In this document: piece by piece, positions 47,167-57,107 of the stretch
Numbering within the stretch: the first letter of the stretch is position 1
Layout of the letters: each line of letters begins with the position of its first letter
Source: an uncultured virus (IMG/VR IMGVR_UViG_3300008954_000037)
Lineage: Duplodnaviria; Heunggongvirae; Uroviricota; Caudoviricetes
Length of the DNA: 64,000 nucleotides
Strand: one strand, 5' to 3'
IMG/VR virus record: IMGVR_UViG_3300008954_000037
Notes under the pieces: generated by a model
Seen by the model: the letters and a program-made list of their open reading frames with translations, nothing else
Told to the model about the DNA's origin: nothing
The model's database searches: none
Program-made: the position numbers and the translations under genes

Positions 47167-47690
47167 TGAGTTTGTACGGACTGGGTGGCAAAGACGACAA
47201 GTACGCGCAGGCGTCGGATCTGCTGACGAAGGCTTCGGGCCTGTTCAAAGGCAAGGACCACGCCAAGGCGGGCGACCTGTTCATCAAGGCATGGACCCTG
47301 CTCAAGCCCCAGGGGCCGGACACCCTGTGGAACGCCGGGGTGGCCTACGAGCAGGCAGCGGCAGACCAGAAGGAGACTCTGGCCTTCCGCCGCACCAACG
47401 CCTACAGCGCCAAGGCGGCGTTCACCGAGTGGCAGGGACTCAAGATTCCTGGCAGTGGTGGCAAGAAGGTGGGCCAGAGGATCGCAGCCCTCAAGACCTT
47501 CATCGCCAAACTCGACAAGGCCATGGAACAGGGCAAGAAGAAGGACGATCTGCCTGCCACCAAGAAGAAGGACGATCTGCCTGCCACCAAGAAGAAGGCC
47601 AGCTTCCCGATGGCCCTGGTGATCATCGGGCTGGTGGGCGTCATTGGCTTCGTGGCTCTGGGCAAGAAGAAGGGGAAGAAGGGGGCGTAA
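47163..47690 (+). CDS. TPR-like helical protein with C-terminal TM
   Basis: LFKGKDHAKAGDLF..LWNAGVAYE; KKKDDLPAT twice; TM + basic tail. Confidence 0.7.
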   Translation: MMSLYGLGGKDDKYAQASDLLTKASGLFKGKDHAKAGDLFIKAWTLLKPQGPDTLWNAGVAYEQAAADQKETLAFRRTNAYSAKAAFTEWQGLKIPGSGGKKVGQRIAALKTFIAKLDKAMEQGKKKDDLPATKKKDDLPATKKKASFPMALVIIGLVGVIGFVALGKKKGKKGA

Positions 47691-48026
47691 GTGCGACCAC
47701 CGTGCGAGGAGCAGAGGCGTCGGATGCAGAGCGTGGCTCGTGCAGCGGCGGCGATCTGTCCGCAGTACGGCGTCGACCCACGGCGATGCCTTCTGGACGC
47801 CATCGTGATGTCGACAGGCGGCAAGTTTGCGATCTATCACAACTATTGGAACCTGGGCGGTGAGGGCGACCGTGGCCACGTCAAGGTTGTCAAAATGCGC
47901 CGAGTAGCTGATGCTGGCGACGGCGGCGGCGTGAAATCTGAGATCCGAAAAGTGGCTCGGTTCTCCACAGACGCCGCAGGAGTCGTTGGCTACTGTCAGG
48001 CGGTCAACAACAGGAGTACACCATGA
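47691..48026 (+). CDS. Glucosaminidase (GH73)-like protein, apparently degenerate
   Basis: YGVDP..AIVMSTGG..HNYWNL..RFST pattern; the expected catalytic ES reads MS. Confidence 0.45.
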   Translation: MRPPCEEQRRRMQSVARAAAAICPQYGVDPRRCLLDAIVMSTGGKFAIYHNYWNLGGEGDRGHVKVVKMRRVADAGDGGGVKSEIRKVARFSTDAAGVVGYCQAVNNRSTP

Positions 48027-48691
48027 TCAAGGGCGCACTGACAGGTCTGGGCGGCATGGGGGGCGGCAGCCCCTCCGACACCGGCTACAACCAATCCATC
48101 TACATCAAGGGAGCCGGTGGCGCACCCGTGAAGCTGCCCACCGGCTTGATGGGCCCGGAGATGCCCCCGCCGACCTCCACAACGTCTGAGGACGAAGTGG
48201 ACGGCGTCCCCGGCCTCGGCCCCTGGCCCAAGACCTCCAACCCCATCACCGCCGCGCAGTACCCGCAGTTGGTGCAATGGACCAAGGCCATGACGTGGGC
48301 GCAGTGGCGGCAGAGTGCCATCCAGTACGCCTACCAACTCTATGATAAGTTTGGGAAAATCACGAACCCCCAGGCTGACATGGAGTGGATCAAGGACTTC
48401 GCAGACCAGTCGTTCACCAAGTACCCTGTCAAGGGCGGGGTGGGCGACAGCAAGGAGATCTTGATCAAAGGTAAGGACGGTGACCAGAAGCTGTACTACG
48501 CCATCGTCGAGAAGATGATGGGCGGCGCGGGCGGCCACCTCCCCAACTCCGAATTGTCCAGCGACAAGAAGGGTGGCACAGACGGCGCCCCTGGTGGCGG
48601 CCCGCTGGGGCTGTCCTGGCTGTGGTGGGGCATCGCTGGCGGCTTGGGCGTGTACTTTGCGTTCGGCAAGAAGAAGAAGAAGTCCAAGTAG
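48023..48691 (+). CDS. Membrane-anchored protein
   Basis: Gly-rich N-terminus; TM + KKKKK tail. Confidence 0.7.
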   Translation: MIKGALTGLGGMGGGSPSDTGYNQSIYIKGAGGAPVKLPTGLMGPEMPPPTSTTSEDEVDGVPGLGPWPKTSNPITAAQYPQLVQWTKAMTWAQWRQSAIQYAYQLYDKFGKITNPQADMEWIKDFADQSFTKYPVKGGVGDSKEILIKGKDGDQKLYYAIVEKMMGGAGGHLPNSELSSDKKGGTDGAPGGGPLGLSWLWWGIAGGLGVYFAFGKKKKKSK

Positions 48692-48698
48692 GTACTGG

Positions 48699-49655
48699 AT
48701 GTCTCCTCGTCCTCGGGTGCTGCTCTGCTTTGAGGAGCAGCGTCGTAGCCCGGTGGCTGCGCGCCTGTATCGTGCGCTTGAGCAGAGCCCGGAGTTGGAC
48801 CTCCGCATCGTCCCACACGCGCTGACCATCACTGAGGCCCGAGAGCATTTCGGCGGCCTGCTACCCCACTTCGTCTACATCGGTTTCGGGGGTCGGCGGC
48901 AGTGGCAGCGCATCGTCGAGGAGCCGGAGCCCTACTTGAGTGGACAGGTGCTGTTGATGAGTGAGATCGCAGACGCTCAATACTTCTGCCGAAAGTTTCA
49001 GCGGCAGGCGTGGGTCGGCCTCATCTCCGTGCTGGTGGGACGGATGCTTGTGGACTGGGGCGGCTACACGGAGTTGTTCGCCAGCGTGGAGGCTGACCCC
49101 TCCACGCAGTACCTTCAGGTGCCGTGGGGGGTGGACCCGGAGTTGTACGCGCCGGCAGAGGTGGGGGACATCGACGTGGCGTTCATCTGCACCCGGTCTA
49201 ATTCCTTCATGGCCCATGAGAACCGGATGGGGATAGAGCGGGCGCTGATGGATTGGCACGGGGCCCATCCAAAGCGGGTTGTTGCTCGTAGATGTCTGTA
49301 CGGCGACGAGTATCGAGCGGTGTTGGGGCGCAGCAAGATCTCGATCGTGGACACCTCCAGCCGCGCCGCGCTCACCCAGAAGTACGTCGAGGGGGCGGCT
49401 TCTGGAGCCTTGCTGTTCGGTGACCACCCCTACGACCCTGACAACTTGCTGGAGCCGGGGGTGTCATTCGTCACGACCACCCCAGAAACGCTGGCAGCAG
49501 ACCTTGATATGTGGTTGGATGCCCCAGATGCGGCAGCGCAGGTCGCCGCTGAGGGCCGGCGACGTGTACTGGAGCGGCACAGCCTGTCGGTAGCAGTGCA
49601 GGCCCTGACCAACTACTTCCACACCACGCTACAGGACGCCCTACATGAAATCTGA
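48699..49655 (+). CDS. Glycosyltransferase (GT-B, CgeB/Glyco_trans_1_2-like)
   Basis: PWGVDP..DVAFI..YGDEY..SKI..KYVEGAASGA..IAxxG-like AEGRRRVLERHS. Confidence 0.75.
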   Translation: MSPRPRVLLCFEEQRRSPVAARLYRALEQSPELDLRIVPHALTITEAREHFGGLLPHFVYIGFGGRRQWQRIVEEPEPYLSGQVLLMSEIADAQYFCRKFQRQAWVGLISVLVGRMLVDWGGYTELFASVEADPSTQYLQVPWGVDPELYAPAEVGDIDVAFICTRSNSFMAHENRMGIERALMDWHGAHPKRVVARRCLYGDEYRAVLGRSKISIVDTSSRAALTQKYVEGAASGALLFGDHPYDPDNLLEPGVSFVTTTPETLAADLDMWLDAPDAAAQVAAEGRRRVLERHSLSVAVQALTNYFHTTLQDALHEI

Positions 49656-50145
49656 GTTTCCAAATGTGACGATTGAGCCGGGTGCTGTGATTGGCAACGA
49701 GTCTCTTGACATCAAGGCCAGCCGACGAATCAACCAGACGGGGGTCGTGTTCATTGGCGACGGCAGCTTCATCGGCGCCAACACCACCATCGCCTTGGGT
49801 CGAAGCCCTGACGAGCCAACCATTATCGGTGCGAACGTCAACATCGCCCCCCTGGTCATGATCGGACACGGCTGCATCATCGAAGATGACGTGATCATCC
49901 ACGGCGGGGCGCGGCTGGCGGGGTTCGTCACGGTCCACAAGGGTGCCAGGATCGGCATGGGCGCCTGCATTCGCAATCGGGTCACCATCGGCAAGGGTGC
50001 CATGGTCGCGCTCGGCGCGGTGGTCACCAAGGATGTGCCCCCCTTTGAGATCTGGGGCGGCGTGCCGGCCCGCAAGCTCAGGGACCGCGAGGTGTTCCCC
50101 TCGGATCCAATGGACTCTGTGCTGCCGTCCAGCCCCTCAATCTAG
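49645..50145 (+). CDS. Hexapeptide-repeat (LbH) acyltransferase
   Basis: IG hexapeptide repeats; GAVVTKDVP..GGVPAR. Confidence 0.85.
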   Translation: MKSEFPNVTIEPGAVIGNESLDIKASRRINQTGVVFIGDGSFIGANTTIALGRSPDEPTIIGANVNIAPLVMIGHGCIIEDDVIIHGGARLAGFVTVHKGARIGMGACIRNRVTIGKGAMVALGAVVTKDVPPFEIWGGVPARKLRDREVFPSDPMDSVLPSSPSI

Positions 50146-51104
50146 CGTGTCCGGTGGTTACACAGGCACCGGGTGCTGCACTCATCGAGGCCCCGGTCGT
50201 ACATCGTCTGATTGATGGCGGCGTAATTCTGCAAGATCTGCTCGGGCGTGTGTGTGTGGACGTTGCCCAGGCTGCGCTCAAGCTCCACAAACTGCCCACA
50301 GGGGGGCACCTCCCCCGAAGCGTCGATGCGGATGGAGCCCTTGACGCAGTGGACGGCCTGCGGGTGAATGTAGACGTACTCACCCATCTCGGTCGGCACA
50401 ACACGGTTGCCCCGCCACATGAACGGGGGCACCTCGGAGCTTGGGACTCTATCGTAGCGGCGGTAGCGAAGCTCGTCGGCCAGCCACTCGTCAGCCATGG
50501 CCTCGCTGATGACCAGTTGACCGTCGATGGTGGGCCATCGGAAGTGCAATTCAAATCCGACGCTTCTGGCAAGGCGTAGAAACTTGTCCCTGTGCTTCTC
50601 GTTGTACTTGAACATCAACACTTTGACGCGCTTGCGGCAGTCGGGCGCGTCGATGTCGGCGGCGACGTTCAGGCAGTCCACCAACCAGTCCCACCGGGCG
50701 CCGACACGGTAACGGGACAACTCATCGCCCCACCCATCTACGGCGACCGCGTACATGGACGAGGACTGAAGGAGCCGGGTCATGTACTGCTCATCGCCGC
50801 AGAAGCGGGTGACGCCGTTGGTCGAGGTGATGGACTCGATACCCTCGGCGGCCAACCGCTCGGTGATGTCGGGCAGTTTGGGGTGGACACAGGGGTCTCC
50901 GCGCCAGTAGGTTTGAATCCGCTTGGCGCCGACTGCCCGGAGCAGCGGCAGCGCCGCCTCCAGGGTTTCCATTGATAGGAAATCCTTACCTTTGTCGGTC
51001 CAGGCTACGCAAGATCGGCAGCGTAGATTGCAGGAATTGCTCACCTCGATAGCAGCAGTCGGCAACAGCCTCCGGGCCAGTGAAGAAAGGAGAGTCTGCA
51101 TCAT
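50142..51104 (-). CDS. Radical SAM protein with SPASM/twitch-like C-terminus
   Basis: CNLRCRSC motif; C..IDASGEVPPC..LGNV..C..C. Confidence 0.85.
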   Translation of the reverse strand: MMQTLLSSLARRLLPTAAIEVSNSCNLRCRSCVAWTDKGKDFLSMETLEAALPLLRAVGAKRIQTYWRGDPCVHPKLPDITERLAAEGIESITSTNGVTRFCGDEQYMTRLLQSSSMYAVAVDGWGDELSRYRVGARWDWLVDCLNVAADIDAPDCRKRVKVLMFKYNEKHRDKFLRLARSVGFELHFRWPTIDGQLVISEAMADEWLADELRYRRYDRVPSSEVPPFMWRGNRVVPTEMGEYVYIHPQAVHCVKGSIRIDASGEVPPCGQFVELERSLGNVHTHTPEQILQNYAAINQTMYDRGLDECSTRCLCNHRTR

Positions 51105-51681
51105 GCACCTCTGGGGCTGCGCGGGCGACCCCTCTGCACAGCCAAGATTTCCCCACGGGGGTGACAGTGAGCCCGTAGAGCAGACGGTCGTAGCGGTCTC
51201 TCACGTCCTGCTCAGTGGGGAACCATCGGACGTGGCTCCTGCTGTCGAACGTCGGGATCGTGAACACTACCAGCCTGCCGGCCAGCTTGGCGATGAGCTT
51301 GCGGTCTTCCGCCAGATGCTCAAACACCTCGCAGGCAACGATGACCCCAAACTTGGAGGCGAGGGTGGGGGAGAGGCGCCGCAAGTCCCGTCGCTGGAAC
51401 ACCGCTCCAGGGATGTTTCGATCTTTGGCGATGGCCAGTGCCGTCCGCGAAAAATCGACGCCCAGGTAGCGGCAGTGGTTGCCTTGAGATCTGAGGACTT
51501 CTGCGAAGCGCCCAGTCCCACACCCCAAATCCAAGATGCGGGCCTTCTCTGGCAGCGCGCTTGCCAGCGCCGTCCACCGCCGTTGGAGCGCCTCCGAGGT
51601 GGTCACCAACGCCCTTCGATGCTCGCGCTCTCTCTTGGCGTACTCGTTGTCGTACCACGAGGCTTTGCGGACCTTGCCCAC
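50986..51681 (-). CDS. Class I SAM-dependent methyltransferase
   Basis: ILDLGCGTG, GVDFS, EVFEHL. The 3' end overlaps the radical SAM start by about 119 nt. Confidence 0.85.
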   Translation of the reverse strand: MGKVRKASWYDNEYAKREREHRRALVTTSEALQRRWTALASALPEKARILDLGCGTGRFAEVLRSQGNHCRYLGVDFSRTALAIAKDRNIPGAVFQRRDLRRLSPTLASKFGVIVACEVFEHLAEDRKLIAKLAGRLVVFTIPTFDSRSHVRWFPTEQDVRDRYDRLLYGLTVTPVGKSWLCRGVARAAPEVHDADSPFFTGPEAVADCCYRGEQFLQSTLPILRSLDRQR

Positions 51682-51683
51682 GG

Positions 51684-52130
51684 TCAGCCTACTTTTCGGA
51701 TGGGTTGCCCGACGTAGACGCCGGGCTCGGTGATGTCCTTGTTGACGAAGGACATGGCGCCGATTGTGACGCCATCGCAGATCTCAACGCCGGGCATGAT
51801 GATCGAGCTCGCGCCGATGAAGCAGTTGCGACCGATGATGGTGGGGCTGGTCACCTTCTCGTTGTTGTGCGCGCCCAGGCAGACTACGTTCGGGCCAACG
51901 AAGGTGTAGGCCCCGATGTGGGTCTTGGCGGTGAGTATGACGCCGATCTTGATCGTCGCACGGGTGCCGATGATGCACTTGGAGGCGAACCGTGCGCGCC
52001 CCTGGATGACGGTGTGGTCACCGATGACGCAGCCGTCACCGATCTCGTTGAAATGCCCCAGAACGACCCCCACGCCGATGGTCAGGTCGGCCCCGAGGAC
52101 GTTGTACTGCCCTTGTGTTGCGGTGGTCAT
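51684..52130 (-). CDS. LbH N-acetyltransferase (WbpD-like)
   Basis: Hexapeptide repeats; GAMSFVNKDI..GVYVGQP. Confidence 0.8.
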   Translation of the reverse strand: MTTATQGQYNVLGADLTIGVGVVLGHFNEIGDGCVIGDHTVIQGRARFASKCIIGTRATIKIGVILTAKTHIGAYTFVGPNVVCLGAHNNEKVTSPTIIGRNCFIGASSIIMPGVEICDGVTIGAMSFVNKDITEPGVYVGQPIRKVG

Positions 52131-52333
52131 GTCGTTGCCCCATCAGTCGTGTCTTGACGTTTGATCTTACGCTCCATGCTCTTGACGCCGATGGCGATGC
52201 TCCGGCGCAGGATGGACGCTCTGCTGGTTTGAGCCTCGCCGGCCTCGTCGGCCACGTCACGCAGCCGCTCCACCCGTTCCAGCAGTGCAGTGGGGATGTG
52301 TAGGGAGATGAGTTTGGTGCCTGAGAGCTTCAT
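52127..52333 (-). CDS. Ribbon-helix-helix (CopG-like) DNA-binding protein
   Basis: LISLHIPTALLERV...SRASILRRSI. Confidence 0.65.
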   Translation of the reverse strand: MKLSGTKLISLHIPTALLERVERLRDVADEAGEAQTSRASILRRSIAIGVKSMERKIKRQDTTDGATT

Positions 52334-52821
52334 TTCAACTTCACCACCTTGGCACCCTCCTCCTCGTCGTCGTCGTCGTCGGAAGCCTCTGGATCCTCGG
52401 TGCCGAGGTCGTTGTCGTTGTTGTCCGCGTCCGGCACGCTTGTGCCCTCCACAGACGCCATGCCGTTCCGCAGGAGGTTGACATCGGAGAGATTGACCTC
52501 GCCGCGCCAATGCCACGTCAACTTGCCGCCGCTGGTGCTGTACTTGGCGCCGATCATCGGGATCAGCGAGGGAATCTGGATGGGTCTGCCATCCGGTGTG
52601 GTCCCGCTCACGCCAGGGTCCGTGAAGGCACGTCCGTTGACGATCCTGCCGTCCACGGAGCCCATCGAAGTGATCTTGGCCGCCATGGGGACGGTCGGTG
52701 TGCCGATCGCCGTGGGGTTGCCGTACATGAAAATCACATCCGCCCCCACATAGGGCTTCTTGCTCGGCACGTTGCTGTGCCCGGTCTTCTTCTTCTTCTT
52801 GAGTCGTTTGGACTTACTCAT
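52330..52821 (-). CDS. Hypothetical protein (basic N-terminus, acidic C-terminus)
   Basis: Coupled ORF. Confidence 0.65.
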   Translation of the reverse strand: MSKSKRLKKKKKTGHSNVPSKKPYVGADVIFMYGNPTAIGTPTVPMAAKITSMGSVDGRIVNGRAFTDPGVSGTTPDGRPIQIPSLIPMIGAKYSTSGGKLTWHWRGEVNLSDVNLLRNGMASVEGTSVPDADNNDNDLGTEDPEASDDDDDEEEGAKVVKLK

Positions 52822-53223
52822 CTACCACTCCTCTGCGGGCGCGTCGGCACCCTGTCCAATGGTCTTGACGTAGGTGGCCAGCGGCGACGGCGCCACGGGC
52901 GCTGCAAACTCGATCTTGTCGCCGCGCATCACCACGTCGCAGAACGAGGGCAACTCGTCCACCCACGCCTCAAAGCGATTCTCAGGGTCCAGCTTGCACC
53001 ACAGAGCCTCAGACTCGTAACCGAAGCCGCTGGCGTGCTTGTGCAGCGGGAAGCCCATGATGCGGACGAAGGTACCCTTGGTGGGGTGGATGATGCGACG
53101 AATGGGGCGACCAACACGGGTGCAGCCCAGCAACTCTGACCTGTCGATGGACATGGGTACAGAGACAAAGTCAGGAGGGGCCGGGAAGTTGGTGGGGCTG
53201 TCTGTAGGGGGTGTGGTTGTCAT
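52822..53223 (-). CDS. Hypothetical protein
   Basis: Start MTTTPP coupled to the GT2 stop. Confidence 0.55.
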   Translation of the reverse strand: MTTTPPTDSPTNFPAPPDFVSVPMSIDRSELLGCTRVGRPIRRIIHPTKGTFVRIMGFPLHKHASGFGYESEALWCKLDPENRFEAWVDELPSFCDVVMRGDKIEFAAPVAPSPLATYVKTIGQGADAPAEEW

Positions 53224-54200
53224 ATCTTGACTCCGAGCATGGCGGCGACGTGCCCGACGTTGGCTGTGAAGGGGTGGCACCGTTGGCCCATGCCGAAGTA
53301 GTTGGCACCCTTGTCCAGAGACTCCACCCAGGCACGGAAGGCGGCGACCAGCACCGCGTACCTGCCGTCAGGGTGGTGCGGATGGGCCTTGAGAAGGCGA
53401 TGCAGGGCCAAGTCCGTTTTCCGATCATCACCTTGGATGGTGTAGCCCGTAATCAGGGCCATCGCGACCTGTGCCCAACGGAGGTCTGCCGGATCCATCA
53501 GGTCGAACAACACATCTGCCCATCTCTCGACCTCGTCCCAGTCTTGGACGCTCTCGGCCATACGCAGCAGAAACCACGCCGCGTGGGGGTCTTCGGGGCA
53601 CTCTTGGTGGAGCTTGAGCAGCATCGGGCGGCTACGGGCGTGCTTGGCCTCCAGACGCCCTTCGCCACCGTAGTCCGACAACACCTCAGCCGCCCCGGAC
53701 ACGCCCACAGGCTCGATGATGCCGACCTTCTGGTTGTGGATCGGATACTTCCACCGTATGGAGCCATCGTTCTTGAGCATCCGGGGTTGGACGAAGCGTT
53801 CCATTGGGGCGCCGTCTCGATGGGCGGTGACCCAGATGGCGGCGCAGTTGCCTCCTCTGTCGATGGCGTATTGACACAACAGGTCTACATCCCCCTCAAC
53901 CTCCTCGTCGCCGTCCATGGTGAACAGCCACTGCCCGGTGGCGTGTGACCTCGCCCTATTGCGGCAGGCGCCAAAGTCGATGCGGGGGAGCCCGTCTGGC
54001 GTCTCATCGGCGGTCATGTACAGGACCGTCGCACCCTCGATGACCTTGCAGCCGTAGTCCTTGGCGATTTCCACGCTGCGGTCGGTGCTGCCCGTGTCCA
54101 ACACCACGATTTCCGTGATGCTGGGCTGGGCACGGAGAGAATCCAAGGCCCTCGGAAGGCGTTGCTCCTCGTTTTTGATGATCATAGGGACGCTGATCAC
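53220..54200 (-). CDS. GT2 glycosyltransferase with TPR-like C-terminus
   Basis: ISVPMIIKNEE, VLDTGSTDRS, DFGACRN, MDGDE. Confidence 0.9.
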   Translation of the reverse strand: MISVPMIIKNEEQRLPRALDSLRAQPSITEIVVLDTGSTDRSVEIAKDYGCKVIEGATVLYMTADETPDGLPRIDFGACRNRARSHATGQWLFTMDGDEEVEGDVDLLCQYAIDRGGNCAAIWVTAHRDGAPMERFVQPRMLKNDGSIRWKYPIHNQKVGIIEPVGVSGAAEVLSDYGGEGRLEAKHARSRPMLLKLHQECPEDPHAAWFLLRMAESVQDWDEVERWADVLFDLMDPADLRWAQVAMALITGYTIQGDDRKTDLALHRLLKAHPHHPDGRYAVLVAAFRAWVESLDKGANYFGMGQRCHPFTANVGHVAAMLGVKI

Positions 54201-54320
54201 GCGGATACCTCCGTATCAGGGCGATGCCGGCGGTTGTAGCAGCGTGCGCGTGGAGGTGCAAGGATTTGAGTTTCAAAAAATGTGGCAGGCCAGAGTATCA
54301 GGCCACTCAAATCTCGTGAG

Positions 54321-54725
54321 CTACGGGTTATCCTCGTTCTCGGACTCGTCGGACATGATGGGGTCTTTGTCGTCGGGCACGTCGGCGGGCGGGTCTGCGT
54401 GGAGGTGGTCGCCGCGCTGTTGCAGTTGTGCCAACACACCATCCAGATCGAAGCCACCAAAATCGGCGCCCCGTTTGAGGCACCCCTGGATGAGGTTCGC
54501 GAAGGGGGCGCCTTTGAGGTCGAGGTCGTCGGGTGGGAAGACGCCGGGCACGTCATCAGAGGCGTCAGGCATATTGGTGGTGGCGAGGACCGCCAAGAGG
54601 GGGAGCAATGGCTCCAGCCTGTCGAGCAGGGTCTTGCGTGGGTGCTTTCTGGCCAGGAGGTGCCCGAGACAGACGCCAGCGATGCCGGCAAGGAGGAGGT
54701 CGGTGTTGTTGTTGTTGTCGGACAT
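54321..54725 (-). CDS. Hypothetical acidic protein
   Basis: ORF with plausible composition. Confidence 0.5.
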   Translation of the reverse strand: MSDNNNNTDLLLAGIAGVCLGHLLARKHPRKTLLDRLEPLLPLLAVLATTNMPDASDDVPGVFPPDDLDLKGAPFANLIQGCLKRGADFGGFDLDGVLAQLQQRGDHLHADPPADVPDDKDPIMSDESENEDNP

Positions 54726-54848
54726 GGAAAATCCTGTGGAGCGGGTGGAGACTCCGAATACCTACATATTCGACAGCCGCCGACGCTTCTACCAGAGGGC
54801 CGCGTCAACTACAACATCTTGAGTTTCAAAATCGACCTACCACCGCGC

Positions 54849-55568
54849 CTACGAAGTCTCCAATTCGGAGCCAAAGTCGGTATCTGACTGCTCACCCCAG
54901 TCCACACAGTTTTCCCACTCAGGCAGGAACCTCCGCGCGCCGACCCAGCGGCATCCGTTGCGGGGGATGTATCGGGGGGCGATGGGCCAGATGTGCGGGG
55001 GATCTATGGGGGGCCCATAGGCCCTGGACTGGATGGGTGTGCTGTCACCCCTGTGCGTGGCGAGCCCACGCCGCTCAAGCACTGTCTCGACCACCGCCTC
55101 GCTCAGAGCGATGACCTGCCGCCCTGGGCGGGGCAGCGTCTCCATCACGGCGGCCCACTCCGGCCACGTTCGGAGGGTCTCGCGGGCCTGTAGCTCGGAC
55201 TCCACCTCGGTGGGGGTCAACATCTCAACGGCGCGCTCCACCAAGAACACCCAGGCAGCCCGACGACGCTGTGTGAGTACCTTGTCGGACGGTAGACCCA
55301 CCTTCCGCCTGTAGGTGGCGCGGCCCTTGGCGGCGGCCTTCCGCCGCTTCTCCCGGTGAGCCTTCATCTTCGCGTCGGCAACGGCACGACTTTCCGCCTT
55401 CCGGCGCCGCTCGCGCTCGTGGAGGGCGTCCCGGCGCCGGCAATACTCGGCCCACTCCTCGTCGGTGTAGTGAGGGGCGGTGACAGGGGGGACGCCCGCA
55501 ATCGCCATCTCGATCACGGCGGGGCGCTTGCTGGCGGGTGTGACTTCTTGTTGGAGGGTCTCAGCCAT
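54849..55568 (-). CDS. Hypothetical basic protein
   Basis: 239-aa ORF with an R-rich helix. Confidence 0.55.
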   Translation of the reverse strand: MAETLQQEVTPASKRPAVIEMAIAGVPPVTAPHYTDEEWAEYCRRRDALHERERRRKAESRAVADAKMKAHREKRRKAAAKGRATYRRKVGLPSDKVLTQRRRAAWVFLVERAVEMLTPTEVESELQARETLRTWPEWAAVMETLPRPGRQVIALSEAVVETVLERRGLATHRGDSTPIQSRAYGPPIDPPHIWPIAPRYIPRNGCRWVGARRFLPEWENCVDWGEQSDTDFGSELETS

Positions 55569-55610
55569 GGGCAGACACTAACATATCACGGCAGAAAGCT
55601 GCAACCGGCT

Positions 55611-55853
55611 TCAGTGTTCTTCGCCGTGCATGGCTACGGTGATGTTCCACCCGCACTCCTGTTTCTCCACCAGCAGCGCCTTGAGCTTGTCAGGGTCGAG
55701 CGTGGTGCCGGTCTGGAAATTGTAGAATTGGCACAGGTGTTCGATCAGGGCAAGGGCGACGATGTTGATGGGTTTTCTGTCCAGCACCTTGCCGATCTGG
55801 TCGTAGAGGTCTTGGATCTCTTTGAGGTCGTCGTCATCCCATTGAAACTTCAT
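55611..55853 (-). CDS. Hypothetical protein
   Basis: ATGA-coupled to the recombinase. Confidence 0.55.
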   Translation of the reverse strand: MKFQWDDDDLKEIQDLYDQIGKVLDRKPINIVALALIEHLCQFYNFQTGTTLDPDKLKALLVEKQECGWNITVAMHGEEH

Positions 55854-56881
55854 AGACCAATCCCCGCTGCGGCGTTGTCATCCCAGAGCCCCTCGTCGCG
55901 GATGTAGCGCATGATCATCTCGACCGACCTGTGCCGGGTCTGGCGCATGATGGTGTGGACGGGCTTGCCGGCCTTGGCGGCGGCAGTGGCCAGACCTGCA
56001 CGGAGGCTGTGCCCAGAGATTCTACCCTGCACCCCGGCCCTCTTGGCGGCCCGCTGGACGACCTTAGCGATGGCCCGTGGGGAGAGGGTCTTGTTCAAGA
56101 TCTCACCATTGCGAAGGATGGGCCGAAACACCGGCCCGCTGGCCTCCTTACCACCGACCACGCCCCGCCACGCCAGCAAGGAGCGAACAGGACAGGTAGA
56201 GAGTTGGCCGCCGTAAGGGAGCCCGACAACGTGCCCCACCCGCTCCTGATCCGTCTTGGACTTGCGGATGGTGACGCGCAGACCCTCGTCCACCAACTCG
56301 ATGTCGCGCCAGCACAGGTCCGAAAGCTCAGAGCGGCGAAAGGCGCCAGCGAAGCCAACGGTCAGCAGTGCCCGGTCGCGGATACTGTAGCTGTTGTAGG
56401 TGTCGATGAGCGGGGAGGGGGGCGCATTTGGATTCTCAGGGGCCGGGTTGAGGGTCTTGCGACCGATCTCCACCATCAGGCGCAGGTCCACAGGCAAAAT
56501 CGGAGAGGCACGATCCTGTTCCCTTCCCAAGGTGCGGCGCACGCCCTTCATCACCCGCCGGACCACCGGGGTCATGCGGGGGCTGTCGTAGCCTTGGACG
56601 CCGTAGGCGTAGGCGATGGAGGACAACGCCCGGTCCACCGTCGAGAGCTTCTTGCCCGCGTCGGCCAGGGTGGCGAGATAGATGGCCACCACCGGGGGCT
56701 GGTCGAACGCGGGGTCGATGTTCCGTGATTGGCACCACACGTCGAAGCGCCCCCAGTCAGATCTGTAGGCGCGTTTGGTCTCGGGCGCCAACTCCGCGTC
56801 GAGATAGAAGTCTGCTCTGGCCACGTCAGCGATCAACGCCGGGGTGGCCTCGGCAGGCAGTTTGGTCAATTCATTCGTCAT
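55850..56881 (-). CDS. Cre-like tyrosine recombinase/integrase
   Basis: TKRAYRSDW N-domain; RDRALL..GAFRRSEL, KSKTDQ, HSLRAG, RH..MRY catalytic residues; start MTNEL. Confidence 0.92.
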   Translation of the reverse strand: MTNELTKLPAEATPALIADVARADFYLDAELAPETKRAYRSDWGRFDVWCQSRNIDPAFDQPPVVAIYLATLADAGKKLSTVDRALSSIAYAYGVQGYDSPRMTPVVRRVMKGVRRTLGREQDRASPILPVDLRLMVEIGRKTLNPAPENPNAPPSPLIDTYNSYSIRDRALLTVGFAGAFRRSELSDLCWRDIELVDEGLRVTIRKSKTDQERVGHVVGLPYGGQLSTCPVRSLLAWRGVVGGKEASGPVFRPILRNGEILNKTLSPRAIAKVVQRAAKRAGVQGRISGHSLRAGLATAAAKAGKPVHTIMRQTRHRSVEMIMRYIRDEGLWDDNAAAGIGL

Positions 56882-57107
56882 CTTCAAGGCTCCCGCATAG
56901 CTCACACAATGGATTCTCAGGCACGTCACGGGCCGCGCCAATGGGTACGCCGCACTCCTGGCAGCGCACTACGATAGTTGCAAAACATCCCTGACATAGC
57001 ACCCCACCCCTCACCAAAGGGTATCCGCAGAGGGTACAGGTCCACGCAGGTCGCTGGATGCGGAACGGCGACGGGGGCCTCGTGCGGATGGGGAGGGCTT
57101 GGGGCAC
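56871..57107 (-). CDS. Small Cys-rich (Zn-finger) protein
   Basis: Four CxxC pairs. Confidence 0.5.
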   Translation of the reverse strand: MPQALPIRTRPPSPFRIQRPAWTCTLCGYPLVRGGVLCQGCFATIVVRCQECGVPIGAARDVPENPLCELCGSLEDDE

